Source of the DNA: the human T2T-CHM13v2.0 reference genome, Homo sapiens
DNA length: 64,000 nt
Assembly: GCF_009914755.1 (NCBI RefSeq)
Contig: NC_060944.1
Direction: 5' to 3' (one strand)
Within the stretch, counting starts at the first letter, position 1. Every line of letters begins with the position of its first letter. The notes beneath the pieces are model-generated. The model saw only the letters and a list, made by a program, of their open reading frames with translations. It searched no databases and was not told the origin of the DNA. The position numbers and the translations under genes were made by a program. Shown in pieces: positions 50,120 to 61,645 of the stretch.

Positions 50120-50250
50120 GGTGGCTCTCAATCCTGGCAGCTCACTGGACTCACTGGAGGAATCTTTTAAGGGCTGTAATGCCTGCACCTCAATCCAGAC
50201 CAATTTAATTAGAAACTCTGGGTGTGGGACGCAAACATTGGTAGGTGTAA
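50120..50250. mobile_element. MER5A1/MER5B, truncated
   Basis: tctcaatcctggcagc...ccagaccaatttaattagaaactctggg. Confidence 0.65.
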
Positions 50251-50389
50251 AATAAACCATCATTTTCTTCTCCTGGAATTACCACAGGTCTATAATAAAG
50301 AGACTTCTGCCTTATTGGCAGTATTAGGGACAAATACGTCTCTGAGATGGTGCCTTTTTAAAAATGCCAATGGACCTTATTTCTTTAGG

Positions 50390-50551
50390 ACAGTGGTTCT
50401 CCAAGCATGATACCTGAACTAGCATCTTCATCACACATGGGCCTCATGCCAGACAGATCTACTGAATCAGTGACTTGCGTTTGGAACCCAGAAATCTATT
50501 TAACAAGCTTTTCAAGTGATTCTGATGCCCACTCGATCCTGAGAACCACTA
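50390..50551 (+). mobile_element. MER5A
   Basis: cagtggttctcc...ctactgaatcag...gtgattctgatgc...tgagaaccacta. Confidence 0.8.
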
Positions 50552-50588
50552 TTCAATATAAAGTGGATAGATGGCTTGATAGTTAAAT

Positions 50589-50755
50589 CAGTCATTCTCA
50601 AATATAGCTGTGCAGTAGAATTGCCTGGGGAACTGTTAAATATATACAGGCTCCCCAACCTCAGATATTCTGATTTGATTGTCCTGGGTGGGCATTTGTA
50701 CTTTTCAAAGCACTGCAATTGATTTGATGGTACAGCCAGGGTTGTGCGATGACTG
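50589..50755. mobile_element. MER5B-like
   Basis: cagtcattctcaa...agaattgcctggggaact...ttctgatttgattg...cagccagggttg. Confidence 0.7.
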
Positions 50756-51029
50756 AGATAAATACTGTTTTGTAACCAATTAACCTAACCACTTACAATG
50801 GCTGCGGCTCTATTTCTACATGAATGAATAGATCTTCTGGCTGACCAGATTTGTTATAAAGGAACATGTCAGTTAAAGTTAACATCACCAAGTCCTGTAG
50901 GGGACTTGGAGTAAAGTATGTATGAAGAATACTGCTTGGAAAGTATAGTGGTAAACACTACCTGTTGACTATGGCTACAAGTAACATGATAGAGTACTTG
51001 AGGATTTGAAGTGTAGAAGAAAAGGAGGG

Positions 51030-51637
51030 TGTGGTAGATTAATTGAAAAAATGGCCACAGTTATTCACCTCCTTGTATCCATACTTCTTTGCAAGGTGAT
51101 TCTGATACTTTTTCCATGAAAAGGTCAAAATTATTTTCCAATCCTTAAATCTGGGCTGGCTATACCAATAGCACATGGCAGAAGTAACATTGTGCCATTT
51201 CTTGGGCCAGGCTTCCAGAAACTTCATCCACATCCATGTTCTCTCTTGGAAACCCATTGCTGTTTTGAGAACTAGCTCAAGCTAGACTCCTGGAATATGA
51301 GAGACCAACATGGAGGAGAGCTAAGTCCCAGCTGAGGGGACTTAGTCAGTCAGTTTTGGGTACTTTGATCACAAGCAACAGAAAGAGAAACTCCAACTGT
51401 CTTAAATCCCAGCTGAAGGACTTAGCTCTAGATTTGCATTACTTGGCATTCTAGATTTGCAACCCAAATCAATCCAACAGCTAACATGGGCACATGAGGG
51501 AGCCTACCTGAAATCCAAAGAACCAACCAGTTGGGTGTAGCCCAAATTGCTGACCAACAGAACCATGAGCTAAATAGATATTGTTTTAAGTCACTAAATT
51601 CTGCATAGCTCATAAGGTAGAAAGCCTAACTGACACA
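51030..51637 (+). mobile_element. MLT1H-like LTR carrying an internal templated insertion
   Basis: tgtggtagatt...aatggccaca start; cccaaattgctgaccaacagaaccatgagc...aactgacaca end. Confidence 0.8.
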
Positions 51638-52389
51638 GATGACATAAAATTAATCTACGTGTTCTTAACCTGAACTGGTGAGAGTTAACATAAGACTTAG
51701 TGGTTTACTAAAAACTGGATGTAGGAAGAAGAGAGTGTAAGTGTACAGTGCCTGAAATCAGACAGCATTAACTCCTTTGACAACTTAACACATCAAAATC
51801 AAAGGCTTTTTAAAAATACATGTAATCAACTAAAATTTTTCATGAAAATTATTTTTGTCAGCAAATGAGGGAAAGTTTTGTGATTCACAAGGATGGGGAC
51901 CTGGGTCACATTGGTAACAGAAAACTTGTAGCACTGAACAGGAGAGCAGAGACCATAGCATTAATTTAGTAAATTTCAGTGCTATGTAAAAGGAGATGAT
52001 AACCTGCTTAAAGGGGCTATAATATTTGTTTGGAATGAATATCAAATGGAAGAGTTGCATCAATCTGTCTGGTCTTTTAAGCTTCTCTCTGACTATAGGA
52101 AATGCCTTCCTGTGTATGATGTCAGCTGTTTTCTTCATTAATAGATGTGTGGCATATTTGTATTTTTGTTTTCCTGCTGGAGAGAGCTTGTAGCTCTCTC
52201 TTGGTTCTCAAAGGGATTACGATTACCAAAAGCCATCTCTTATCTCAGGTCAAGAATCCCTAAAAGAGTAACAGAAAAATTCCAAGTATGAATGCAGGAT
52301 GATAGATATGTAGAGTGTGGACAAATGCTAATGCTTTAAGGATTTAGACGTTACCTCTCTTGGGCCACCGGTAGAAAAAGACGTGTAAT

Positions 52390-52510
52390 TTATGAGGACC
52401 TTGTGCCAGATATTTCATGTGTGCCGTTTGATTTAATCCTCAAAAATGCTTTACAAGGTGGTTGCTGTTATCTTCATTTATAGATAAGCACACTAAGGCT
52501 AAAGATTACG
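52390..52510 (-). mobile_element. MIR fragment
   Basis: tttaatcctcaaaa...atcttcatttatagataagcacactaaggct. Confidence 0.65.
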
Positions 52511-52514
52511 AACT

Positions 52515-53135
52515 AGTCAGTCAGTTTGGGTACTTTGATCACAAGCAACAGAAAGAGCAACTCCAACTGTCTTAATACAAGAGATCAGCTCATGCAATTG
52601 CAAAAAGGTGAGTTAGGCAGAGCTTCAGTTATGGTTTGATCAGGGCTTCCAATCATTTGATCTGAGATTGTTTTAGCTTAGTCTTTCTCCTTGTTTTGGT
52701 TTTGTATTCTAGCCGCTTAGTTTGTGGTAGCTGCAGCAGGTCCAAGCCTCTGAACTGTACATATCATTTAGAATAAAAAAAAATGTATAAAAGGCTTCAG
52801 CTTCACTAAGACTGAACAAACTTAGGTCACATGTCCACTTCCGAATCAATTGCTGCGGCTGTAGAAAACCACACTCTAATTGGCTTAGGCCTTGGTTGTG
52901 TCCACATTTAAAAGATAGGATGGCAATGACTTTATACTGATTAGTTTTTGTTTTTGTTTTAAAGATGAGGTCGTCCTATGTTGCACAGGCTGGTCTTGAA
53001 CTTCTGGACTCAAAGTATCCTCCCACCTAGGCCTCTCAACTAGCCAAAAGGGACACACCACCACACTAGGCTATACTGGCTATACGGACTATTTTAAATG
53101 ATCAAGTATATTACCTAGGTCATTCCCATCTAGAG
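52515..53135 (-). mobile_element. MLT1K/J2-like LTR interrupted by FLAM
   Basis: caagcaacagaaa..caactccaactgtcttaa terminus; ttaggtcacatgtccacttccgaatcaat; ctctaattggcttaggcct. Confidence 0.65.
52945..53071 (-). mobile_element. FLAM (free left Alu monomer)
   Basis: ctatgttgcacaggctggtcttgaacttctggactcaa..atcctcccacct; TSD-like tatactgatta / tatactggcta. Confidence 0.8.
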
Positions 53136-56100
53136 CCCTTAGCTCCTACTCAGTAGCAGACAAAAGGAACAAAGGCCGTTAATAACCACCTTGTCTAGTA
53201 GGTGGTGAAAATAGCCTTTGAACCATTTTATCTCCAACTCCACCCACATTCTTTCCCTTATGCCTACACGGTCTTCATCCAGGAAGTGAGACTTGTGCCG
53301 GACCATCAGGGTTGGGCAAAGGGAGGTAATCTTAAAATGTTCACTAACTTGTAAGAGCTTTTGAGGTCTACAAATGAAAAGCATGATTGTACGTGAACTC
53401 TGAGAATTAACCGTAAGGGTTGTCCCTTTCTCCGTTGGTAGAGTTATTAGAAGACTAGCAGTCATTTGTTCTACTATCCTGACAATTCAGGGAATTTTTA
53501 TAAGCAGTGATTTTTGTAAAGGAGGGGTTAAAATGACTGCTTAGACGTTGACAGTCTATCTCTAATAATGCATGTTAGAAGAGAGAAGACAAAGCTACAA
53601 TTCAGCTGCTAGGTCTTGGTGATGTCATAAACACTTATGACAGCAGTAGAACTTTAAGATTGAATTACCTTCTTTGTACCCACTGAAGGAGCAGGCCTTG
53701 CTGTGTATAACACATTGTGTAAGCTAAACAGTGTTTGGCGGTTTTCACATGGCACATGGGAAGAAGGGAACTTGATCTGTGAACCCAGAAGATCATGAAT
53801 CTGATAAGAAGAGAGATAATTTAACCCCGAAAATTGCTTTGGTCTCTGATATGTTATTTTCAAATTAAATAAATTAATATGTGCTGACATTTTCCTACCC
53901 TAATCTTAAGGCATCACAGTTTGATTAGTCTAATGATGAGTTTCAAGTTGAGCATTTCATTATGTAACTAAAAACACCATAGTCCAGTATCATAAAGTTA
54001 GTTAATAATTTTAAGTGCATTAAAATTTATAAGTCGAAATTCATATAGTAGGCAAGGGGGAGAGAATCAAGCCTGTTTCTTTTTCCTTAGCAATGGAACA
54101 TTTGGTAGGAATATTACCAATTGAATATTCTAGGAGTAGAAAACACGGACAGTTTATTCAAGATTTGAATTAACAAGGCAAAAATACCAGCTTTGAAAAT
54201 CAAGCGAGCTGTGGATGGTATATAATTGATGTCTTCAAAGCCAAGGAGAAAATGAAGTTAGCAGAACAGACGGTTGAAAATATTATTAAAATGAGTTTTT
54301 TAATAAAATTCTTTTTATTTGTGGTCACTTTTTTGATGTTCTCATTTTTGCTTAATATGAGCTCACTTAAAGGCAAGATTTTTCTCTTATTACCTTTTTT
54401 CAGGAAAAATTCAGGGTGACTAAAAAAATGAGTCATGGATTGCCTTAACTCATGGACAGTTACTGAGAAGATACTTCAATCATCAAAACATAACAAAATC
54501 TGTTTTAATTACAGTTTTGTATGTTTTTTGGTGACAGTTTTTAAAAAAGAGACTCATAAAAGCCGTTTGGCTATCTGTAGTTGTTTATAGCAGAGCTGAA
54601 CGTGAAATTAAATCCAAGTTGAGGACAGACCAAAGATTCACCAAGGAAACACCCAAATCATGCTTATGTATTGACTACTGTCAGTGTTCAAAATGCAAAA
54701 AGAAAACTCATTAACTTAAATCATATAAATATATAAACATATTTAATACTAAACAAGATTTTGTCCTTCAAGATTGATTTGTTGCATTTCAGAACACTGG
54801 TAATTACTGAAGGACTTGATAGTTTCAAAAATAATAACGACTTCTGCTTTTGTCAATAGTAGCAGATCTTTGATTTTGCTGTTTTAATTCATATATACTA
54901 TCAATAAAATTCATTTAACCTTCTCAGATGTGTACAGTGATCTTATTCCTCTAAAATCATCCATACATTAAAAGAAGAAAAATGATCTGATCAATTGTTG
55001 TATTGCTTTTGAATAAAGAAGTAACATTCTAATAAATTCATTATGGAGATGGTAGACCCAATGGGCCCCAACGATTAAAACAATGAAAGTTTCTTCTAGA
55101 AGTTCTTGCTGTATTCACTTTTGTCTTTTCCAGGATACTTGTGGCTTTCTTATATGTAAAACTTCCCCTTCCAAAAATTTTTCCCAAAGATAAACTTGTG
55201 GCTTGGGGTGAATTGAACTGGCTAGCCTAAGCTTGGCTGAATGATGGTGCCAACCCAGGTAGCTAGAACCTGTGAAATTTTCCCTAGCCCACGAGGCCTT
55301 ATCTAGTGTAAATGGAATGCAGAAGTTATTAATGATGTACTTTGAAGCCTATTGCCCTGAGGGCACCGATTCAATTCCTGCCTATACCTAAGAGTTAAGT
55401 CCTGGAAAAATGGTGTTGCAGACAGAGGGCTGTGCAGTGATTTATGTGAAATGAGTTGGTGGTTTAAATCAAGAGCTTAGTTGACCAGAGTCCAATTCAC
55501 AAAAACCACTAGTACAATTTATACCCTTGTTGGCAGTATCTTCAGAGAGCAACTTAATGTTGAATGACTGAATGATCATCTTCTACTCTGATATTTCCTG
55601 TGAAGCTTAGAGAAGAAAACACGCTTTTTGGATGACTAAGGTTTCTGCTCAGAAGAAATGAAAATGCTCACTTCCACAGTATCATTTGTTAGAAGGGCTC
55701 CATTAAACCAAAGATGCTTTATAAAGCAACTCCTCTGCGTATTTCTACCAGTAGACTTTACACAGAACTGAGTTTTACACAACCATATAATGCTTTGGTT
55801 TTTATAGATTATCATTTATTGGAGGTGAAGTGGAGCAAATAAAACTGCAGGTTTCTGTATAAGCAGACATCTAGTACTGAAGAAACAATGAGAAATAATC
55901 TTTCTTAAAAAGGGCACTTTGAATTTTAGAGTTAGAAGAATGCTTAAAATAGGAAGGAAGATATCAACATTTAATAAAACAACTCCCATAAGGAGTTATT
56001 ATTTTATTTTACAAAAGAAGAGTTTAAGTACATTTGACTAATATCTCATAAGAAACAGAATTATGTCTAGAATTCAGTTTTTAAAATGCTCCTATTAAGC

Positions 56101-56633
56101 ATGCTTTCTTCCCTCCCACAACCACTCTCTTTCCCTTCTTTCCTTTCTTCCCCAGTTAAAAATAAGGACAATTTTCTTAGACAAAAAGCAAAATTTAAAA
56201 CAATTAAACCACTTAGATCATAATTCATTTGGCCAAATCTTCTTGAGGATCAGCCTGAAGGTGTTTTGTTGGAAACATAATGCTATACACAGCCTGATTC
56301 TTGCCACAAGGAGCTTACAATCAAGTCTAGAGTGTGATCAGACCAGATTTTATTCCTGAAAGTAGGACAGAGGTAGCAGTTCACACTTCAACTGCTCTGT
56401 CAGTCCAAAGCAAACTGAAGTTTTTACCATCTAGAAAACTCTGTCTTTCACCCCAGGCCAGGGCCTGTCCCTTTGAGGGTAGATAAACCATCTGAGGTCT
56501 CAGGGAGACTCACTGAGTGTGCAGAATGCCAGGGACACAGAAATGGCTGCACCAGCTGCAGACTTGGGGTGGGGAAAACTTACATAGTGTGTACACAGTA
56601 GAGTCAACTCAGGCACAGATTGGTAACTGCTCA

Positions 56634-56660
<27 letters not shown>
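56634..56660. repeat. (AC)13 microsatellite
   Basis: Direct reading. Confidence 0.95.
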
Positions 56661-56667
<7 letters not shown>

Positions 56668-56987
56668 TTTGATTTGTCTGCCTCTCCTCTAACCCTCTTC
56701 CATCCTAAATTTCCAGTACCTCTCTGCAGCCACTCAATTCCCTAGTACCTTCTACCTAAGGCAGGAGCAATCTGTATGCTTCCTTCTTCATTGTAAGTAA
56801 TCAGATTTTTCCCAGGAAATATAGCACATCTATTAATACAATCAATGGATCCTAGTGAGTTAATACACACCCCCGTCTCACATTTTGCCTTCTTCCCCTC
56901 AGCATTATTGCCTTAATCTAGAAGCATAATTCATATGATGTCATTAATAAAATAAATAATCATTTAAAGACTAAGAAGAAGAGTGGT

Positions 56988-57465
56988 CCGTCAGTCAGAC
57001 TCCCAGTGGGAAACAGAAGTCTTAATCAAATGAACAAGAGTTTGAAGAAGTTGTATTTACAAAGGGACATATTTACAAAGGTAGGTGGAGGATAACCACC
57101 AGGTAAAGTGAAGTAACCTGGGGTTAGTGATCTGTTATTATATCATAGCTACCCTTACACTTGAAGGAATTGGGAAAAAGAGTCATTATCAGATGATCCC
57201 ACAAGGAGTGGACCATATAGAAGAGGCCAACTTGATAGGGGCATAAACCTTCATCTTAAAAAAACATCCTACCTGAGGTGACTTCGCAGGGAGGCAGCCT
57301 GAAGACAAAATACCTTGTCTTGTGTTCCTTCTTCCCTTCCCTTTCTTCTTGGGGTTCCCACTGGGTGAACCCAGGTGGAAGCTGGTGGACAAAGGACTAT
57401 ACATATCACAGCATGGAGAAGGGTGGAATCTAAGACTCCAGGGGCAAACAGAAGATAATTAGCAC
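56988..57465 (-). mobile_element. LTR33-like ERVL solo LTR
   Basis: tcagtcagactcccagtgggaaacaga ... ggagaagggtggaa...ggggcaaacagaagataattagcac. Confidence 0.65.
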
Positions 57466-57619
57466 TTGGACATTTGTCAACAGGTGGAAATTTTGACAGA
57501 CTCCTTTAAATAATGTAGTAGAGGCTCCTGCCTATTTCTTCTATTGTGCAACTGATCCCAAAGTTTCAGATTTAGAAAGTGAAGTTGTGACTATAAAACT
57601 TTACACCATCTGATACAAC

Positions 57620-57910
57620 TGGTAGCTGGTGGTGTCTTTTGCTGAGGAGTGGCAAATAGCAAGTGGGCAAGTTTGCTGAGGATGTGAGGGATCAGTTTCA
57701 GATGTTTGAGTTTGAAGTTCCATTGGGGCATCCAGTGGAGACATCCAGGTTGTTAAATAACTGGGTCTGGAGACGAGATTGGGGATATAGATTGCACAGT
57801 GGACTGCATTTTTCATTGCTGCCCTGGAATGGCTGAAATTAATGGTATCATAAGCTTGAAGTATATAATGAATCTCTTGGTAATGGCAGAATCCAGGCCA
57901 ATTCCCTTTC
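57620..57910 (-). mobile_element. L2 fragment
   Basis: gtttgagtttgaagttccattggggcatccagtggagacatcc. Confidence 0.75.
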
Positions 57911-59809
57911 ACCACAAATAGAAAGCTCTCTAGTTGCTTTTGTCAGAAGTTGTGCATAGGGGAGCCAGGGGATGTGGTGGGCAAAAAAAGGCAAATTTCC
58001 TCTCTTGGCAAATGGGACCAGAAATGAAATGAAGATAAAAATCTAGAAAAACATTACCTTAAAGAATTTTAGAAATTAGGGAAACATTTTAATAAACAAA
58101 TGGACAATATAGCATGACGAATAATAGGTCTTCTTTTAAGTAAGAAAATAATATTAGCCACTATGCACCAAATATTGACTATGAGTCAGCACAAATGAGC
58201 GGTTATTACCAGAGAGAGCAAAAGCCAAAAAAGCAAATTTTGAAATTGTATTAAGGAATGTAAGTCATGGTTAAAAGCCACATTTAACTACTAGGTAAAG
58301 TTTAGAGAACTTGGTGAGCATCCAAATATTAAATGAACTGCTTTAGAAAATGCAAGATGCCGTATTATATCATAGGTAAAATTTGAGGTTGAGTTTTGGG
58401 TATCATGATATCAGCTAATATATGCTGCTGATTCTGGTTGCCTAGTCTGCCTGTGAAATAAAGTAGTTTTAGAAGTTTTGCCATTAAAGCTGCCCAAGTT
58501 TTACAGGCTAAAGCTGTGTTTCTTTCCATTTATTTTCACCACACATTTTAATTCTAGGTGCCTTGCATTTAGGATTTTACTTGACTTATTTTAATACTTA
58601 TTTTGAATTAATGAGTGATCAACTTGGCATTGCAGGCTTTCATTAATAATTAAGGAAGTATTGGACATAAACCTGCTAATACAAATTTTTTTCTGAAGAA
58701 AATCCGTTGCTTTTGTTCTGCAAATATCCTTTATATTAATTCAATAGGTGCAGGCTTTTACAGCCCTCATTGTCTATTGCATAAAATGTCAATTATTATT
58801 TTGGAAGGCTTTAATGCATATTATTAACCTAAGAAGCTGTTATGGGCAACATTGAAATACTTCATACTGTCTCATCAAAATCTTTTTATATAGTAAAAGA
58901 TGTGATTTGCTCTCAGCTAAATACCACAAGTTTGTAGACATGCCAACTGGAAAGCATTCTTGATCACCACCCCATGGGAGTGAGTGGGGGATGGGAGAAA
59001 CCCTTCAAGGCTTTTGAAACTAACTGAACAAAGTGTGATGGGAATTTTCCGAATTCTATCATATCTTTTTATGGGTAACCCTATGACTAGGGCTGTCCGT
59101 ATGTGCAAACTGGTTTTAAGAATTATTCGTTATAAAAGAGAAACAAAGGATTGATTTAATCCTTTAAGTGATGTTAAATAGCTGGTTTAATGAGGTTTTA
59201 AGCCAGCTATTTAAGCAGCATATGAACATCATACCTGAAAAAAATACATGTTGCACATCAATATCCACACCGACATGTTTCAAAGAAATATCCACATCTC
59301 TTCACTCTACTGAAGCTGTAATCTCTCAGATGTTGCCAGACTGAGATTTTAAAATCCATGTGTTATACAGAAATTTCCGTTATAGTGACATTCCCATAGT
59401 CCCCTTATTTTAATGATCATCCACTAAAAGTAATTTATGTGTTTAGCATTATTTACCCTAGCTCTAAGCCTGGCTAACATATACAACTGTGTGATAATAG
59501 TGAGTTTAGCCCCAAGAGAATAAACTATAAAAAATTTTAAAAACCTTAATATAAAATAAGAAAAATGATGTAAAAGATCATGTAACTTCATGATAAAGTA
59601 GAACATACACATTTTTTTCCTTTGGGGCCTTAACTAAATTTCTGATTGTTAAAAACTTTTTTAGTGTTTTTTAGTAGATACTGATGTGCAACATGCATTT
59701 TTTCCTTTAGAGCCTCCATTCAAAAGATCTTTAAAAAACTTATCTTTCTATAAAGAGTGCTGGTTACATCATAATGCTTCTCTATCCTAAAGCACTGTTA
59801 ATAGACAAT

Positions 59810-60040
59810 TAATGACAGTGATGACAGTCAGTGTCTTTGATTTCTGAAGATGATTAATATTGATTTACGTATTTCCATTTATGCTTCCAAATGTGCCCTT
59901 TGCGTACGTGTTCATGATTTTGCTGAGATGAGCTTTTCTCTTTCCCTACACTTTCTTCTTCCAAAAATTACCACACTCTCAACCTCTCACTGTCTCCTTC
60001 TCCCTTATTATTATCACCATTTTTTGGCGGGGAGGGGCAC
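59810..60040 (+). promoter_or_regulatory. Putative promoter-proximal region of the + strand lncRNA
   Basis: Repeat-free; TGACAG x2, CTTTGAT, TGATTAAT, TGATTTACG, TACGTG, GC box GGCGGGGAGGGGC (60026-60038); no TATA, no CpG island. Confidence 0.35.
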
Positions 60041-60357
60041 GGATTTGTTCCAAATCTTTAGCCATGCTTAAGAACAAAACAGATGATGCCCTACTGAAAA
60101 GGAGTGGGGGAAAAGTGGCACAACTTGCTTTTGCACATAGTAAATAATACCAATTACTTATTGCAGTGTTTCCTGAATGGAGGATGATTCCCACTTACGG
60201 AATTGATAATTACAGATTGAGGAGAGATGGGATATGGCTAACACATGCACAGGCTGCTGTGACTCTATGTGGTCCCTGTGGTCCCTCTGTTGGCTGTCCA
60301 AGACTGGAGCATCTTAGGAAATGGCTCACCTGGAGTAACTGATTGAGGTCCAGTCAG
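59920..60357 (+). ncRNA. RMST: Exon of a spliced + strand lncRNA, probably the 5' exon of RMST (5' boundary uncertain; possible internal acceptors at 60166 and 60215)
   Basis: Perfect donor CAG|GTAAGT at 60355-60363; unique sequence with no useful ORF; gene identity is recalled resemblance to the RMST transcript 5' end, not a database check. Confidence 0.5.
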
Positions 60358-60479
60358 GTAAGTACTTGGTTGTCCATAGAAAGGGATGAAGGCTACCTGG
60401 ATGGGTAACTCCCTAAGACACACTCATGAGGACAAACAACTGTCTCGAACAATAAGTTACATTCCTATAGCATCATGTA

Positions 60480-60650
60480 ATTGACAAAACATCTTTATTT
60501 TGTTGATCATTATCATAGCCTTTCAAGATAGGTATTATTACTTTCTCTATTTTACAGGTGAGTGAGAGTGAGTTCCTGAGTCATTAGTTACATAGCTGTT
60601 ACCAAGATCACTCAATTACATATACATCAGCCACCCATTCCCCATCTATA
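60480..60650 (-). mobile_element. MIR fragment
   Basis: gataggtattattactttctctattttacagg..gag resembles the antisense MIR core. Confidence 0.55.
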
Positions 60651-61245
60651 CTGTCAATGAATCTTTAAGAAAATAAAAACTTTCGCTTAGGCAGAAAAAT
60701 ACTTTTATCAGAATTAAGGCCAAAAAATAGCTGGCAAAATTTAATTAAAAAACAAACAAAAAAACAACCATCATATCTGCCTGGAGCATCACTTCACTGA
60801 GCTAAAAAGAAAATCAGCCACACAAAAGCTGACTTATTCACAGGTATTGCACCACAAGAAGGCATCCATGCTTCCACCCAAGTCACTCAGAGGAAAGAAG
60901 CTGTTGTGTGTTACATTTTCGGGTAGAGAAGAGAGCACTTAATGAAGTTTTCATAAGTGAATTTTCATGCCACATGCATTCTCTGTGCATAATCCTTTGG
61001 AGTAATGTTAAGCATATACTGGCACCCACAGTAATATTTTAATGTCTTCAGCTTGCTTAATTAATTTTCTTTCAACATATGTTCATATAACATTAAAAAT
61101 GTTCCACTAAGCCAGACACCAGGATATTGCTGAATATGCAGATACTTATTACACATAGATGGACTTAAACCTATTTTGAGCCCATCTACCTACCCATCAG
61201 TAGTGTTTGTGGTCTTGTGATACTATCTGTGACCCAATTTTAAGT

Positions 61246-61645
61246 GTGATCTCATTTATATGTGGAAACTAAATAAGTTCATCTCATAGAAGCAGAGAGT
61301 AGTAAAGGTAGTAGAGGCTGGGGAGGAGAGGAAGAGAAGGGGCAAGCGGAGATATTGATCAAAGGGTACAAAGTTTCTGTTAGACTGGAGGAATAAGTTG
61401 TAGTGATGGATAGCACTGCATGGAGACCACAGTTAATAACAATTGTATCGCATATTTCAAAACTGCTAAAAGAATAGATTTCCAATGTCCTCACCACAAA
61501 AAAGTATGTTGGTGAGGTGATGGATATGTTAATTAGCTTTAATGAATCTTTCTATAATGTATACATAGTTCAAAACATCACATTGTACCCAATAGATATA
61601 AAGAATTATTATTTGTAAATTAAAAATTAATTAATAAAAAATTAG
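61246..61645 (+). mobile_element. L1MA (MA5-7-like) 3' end
   Basis: atcaaagggtacaaagtttctgttagactggaggaataag; ggtgatggatatgttaattagct. Confidence 0.9.

Noticed and set aside
60167-60357. Alternative identity as a BDNF-AS exon
   Set aside because: The neighbouring landmarks I would expect from memory (HERV-H/LTR7 provirus, LIN7C CpG island) are absent from the window
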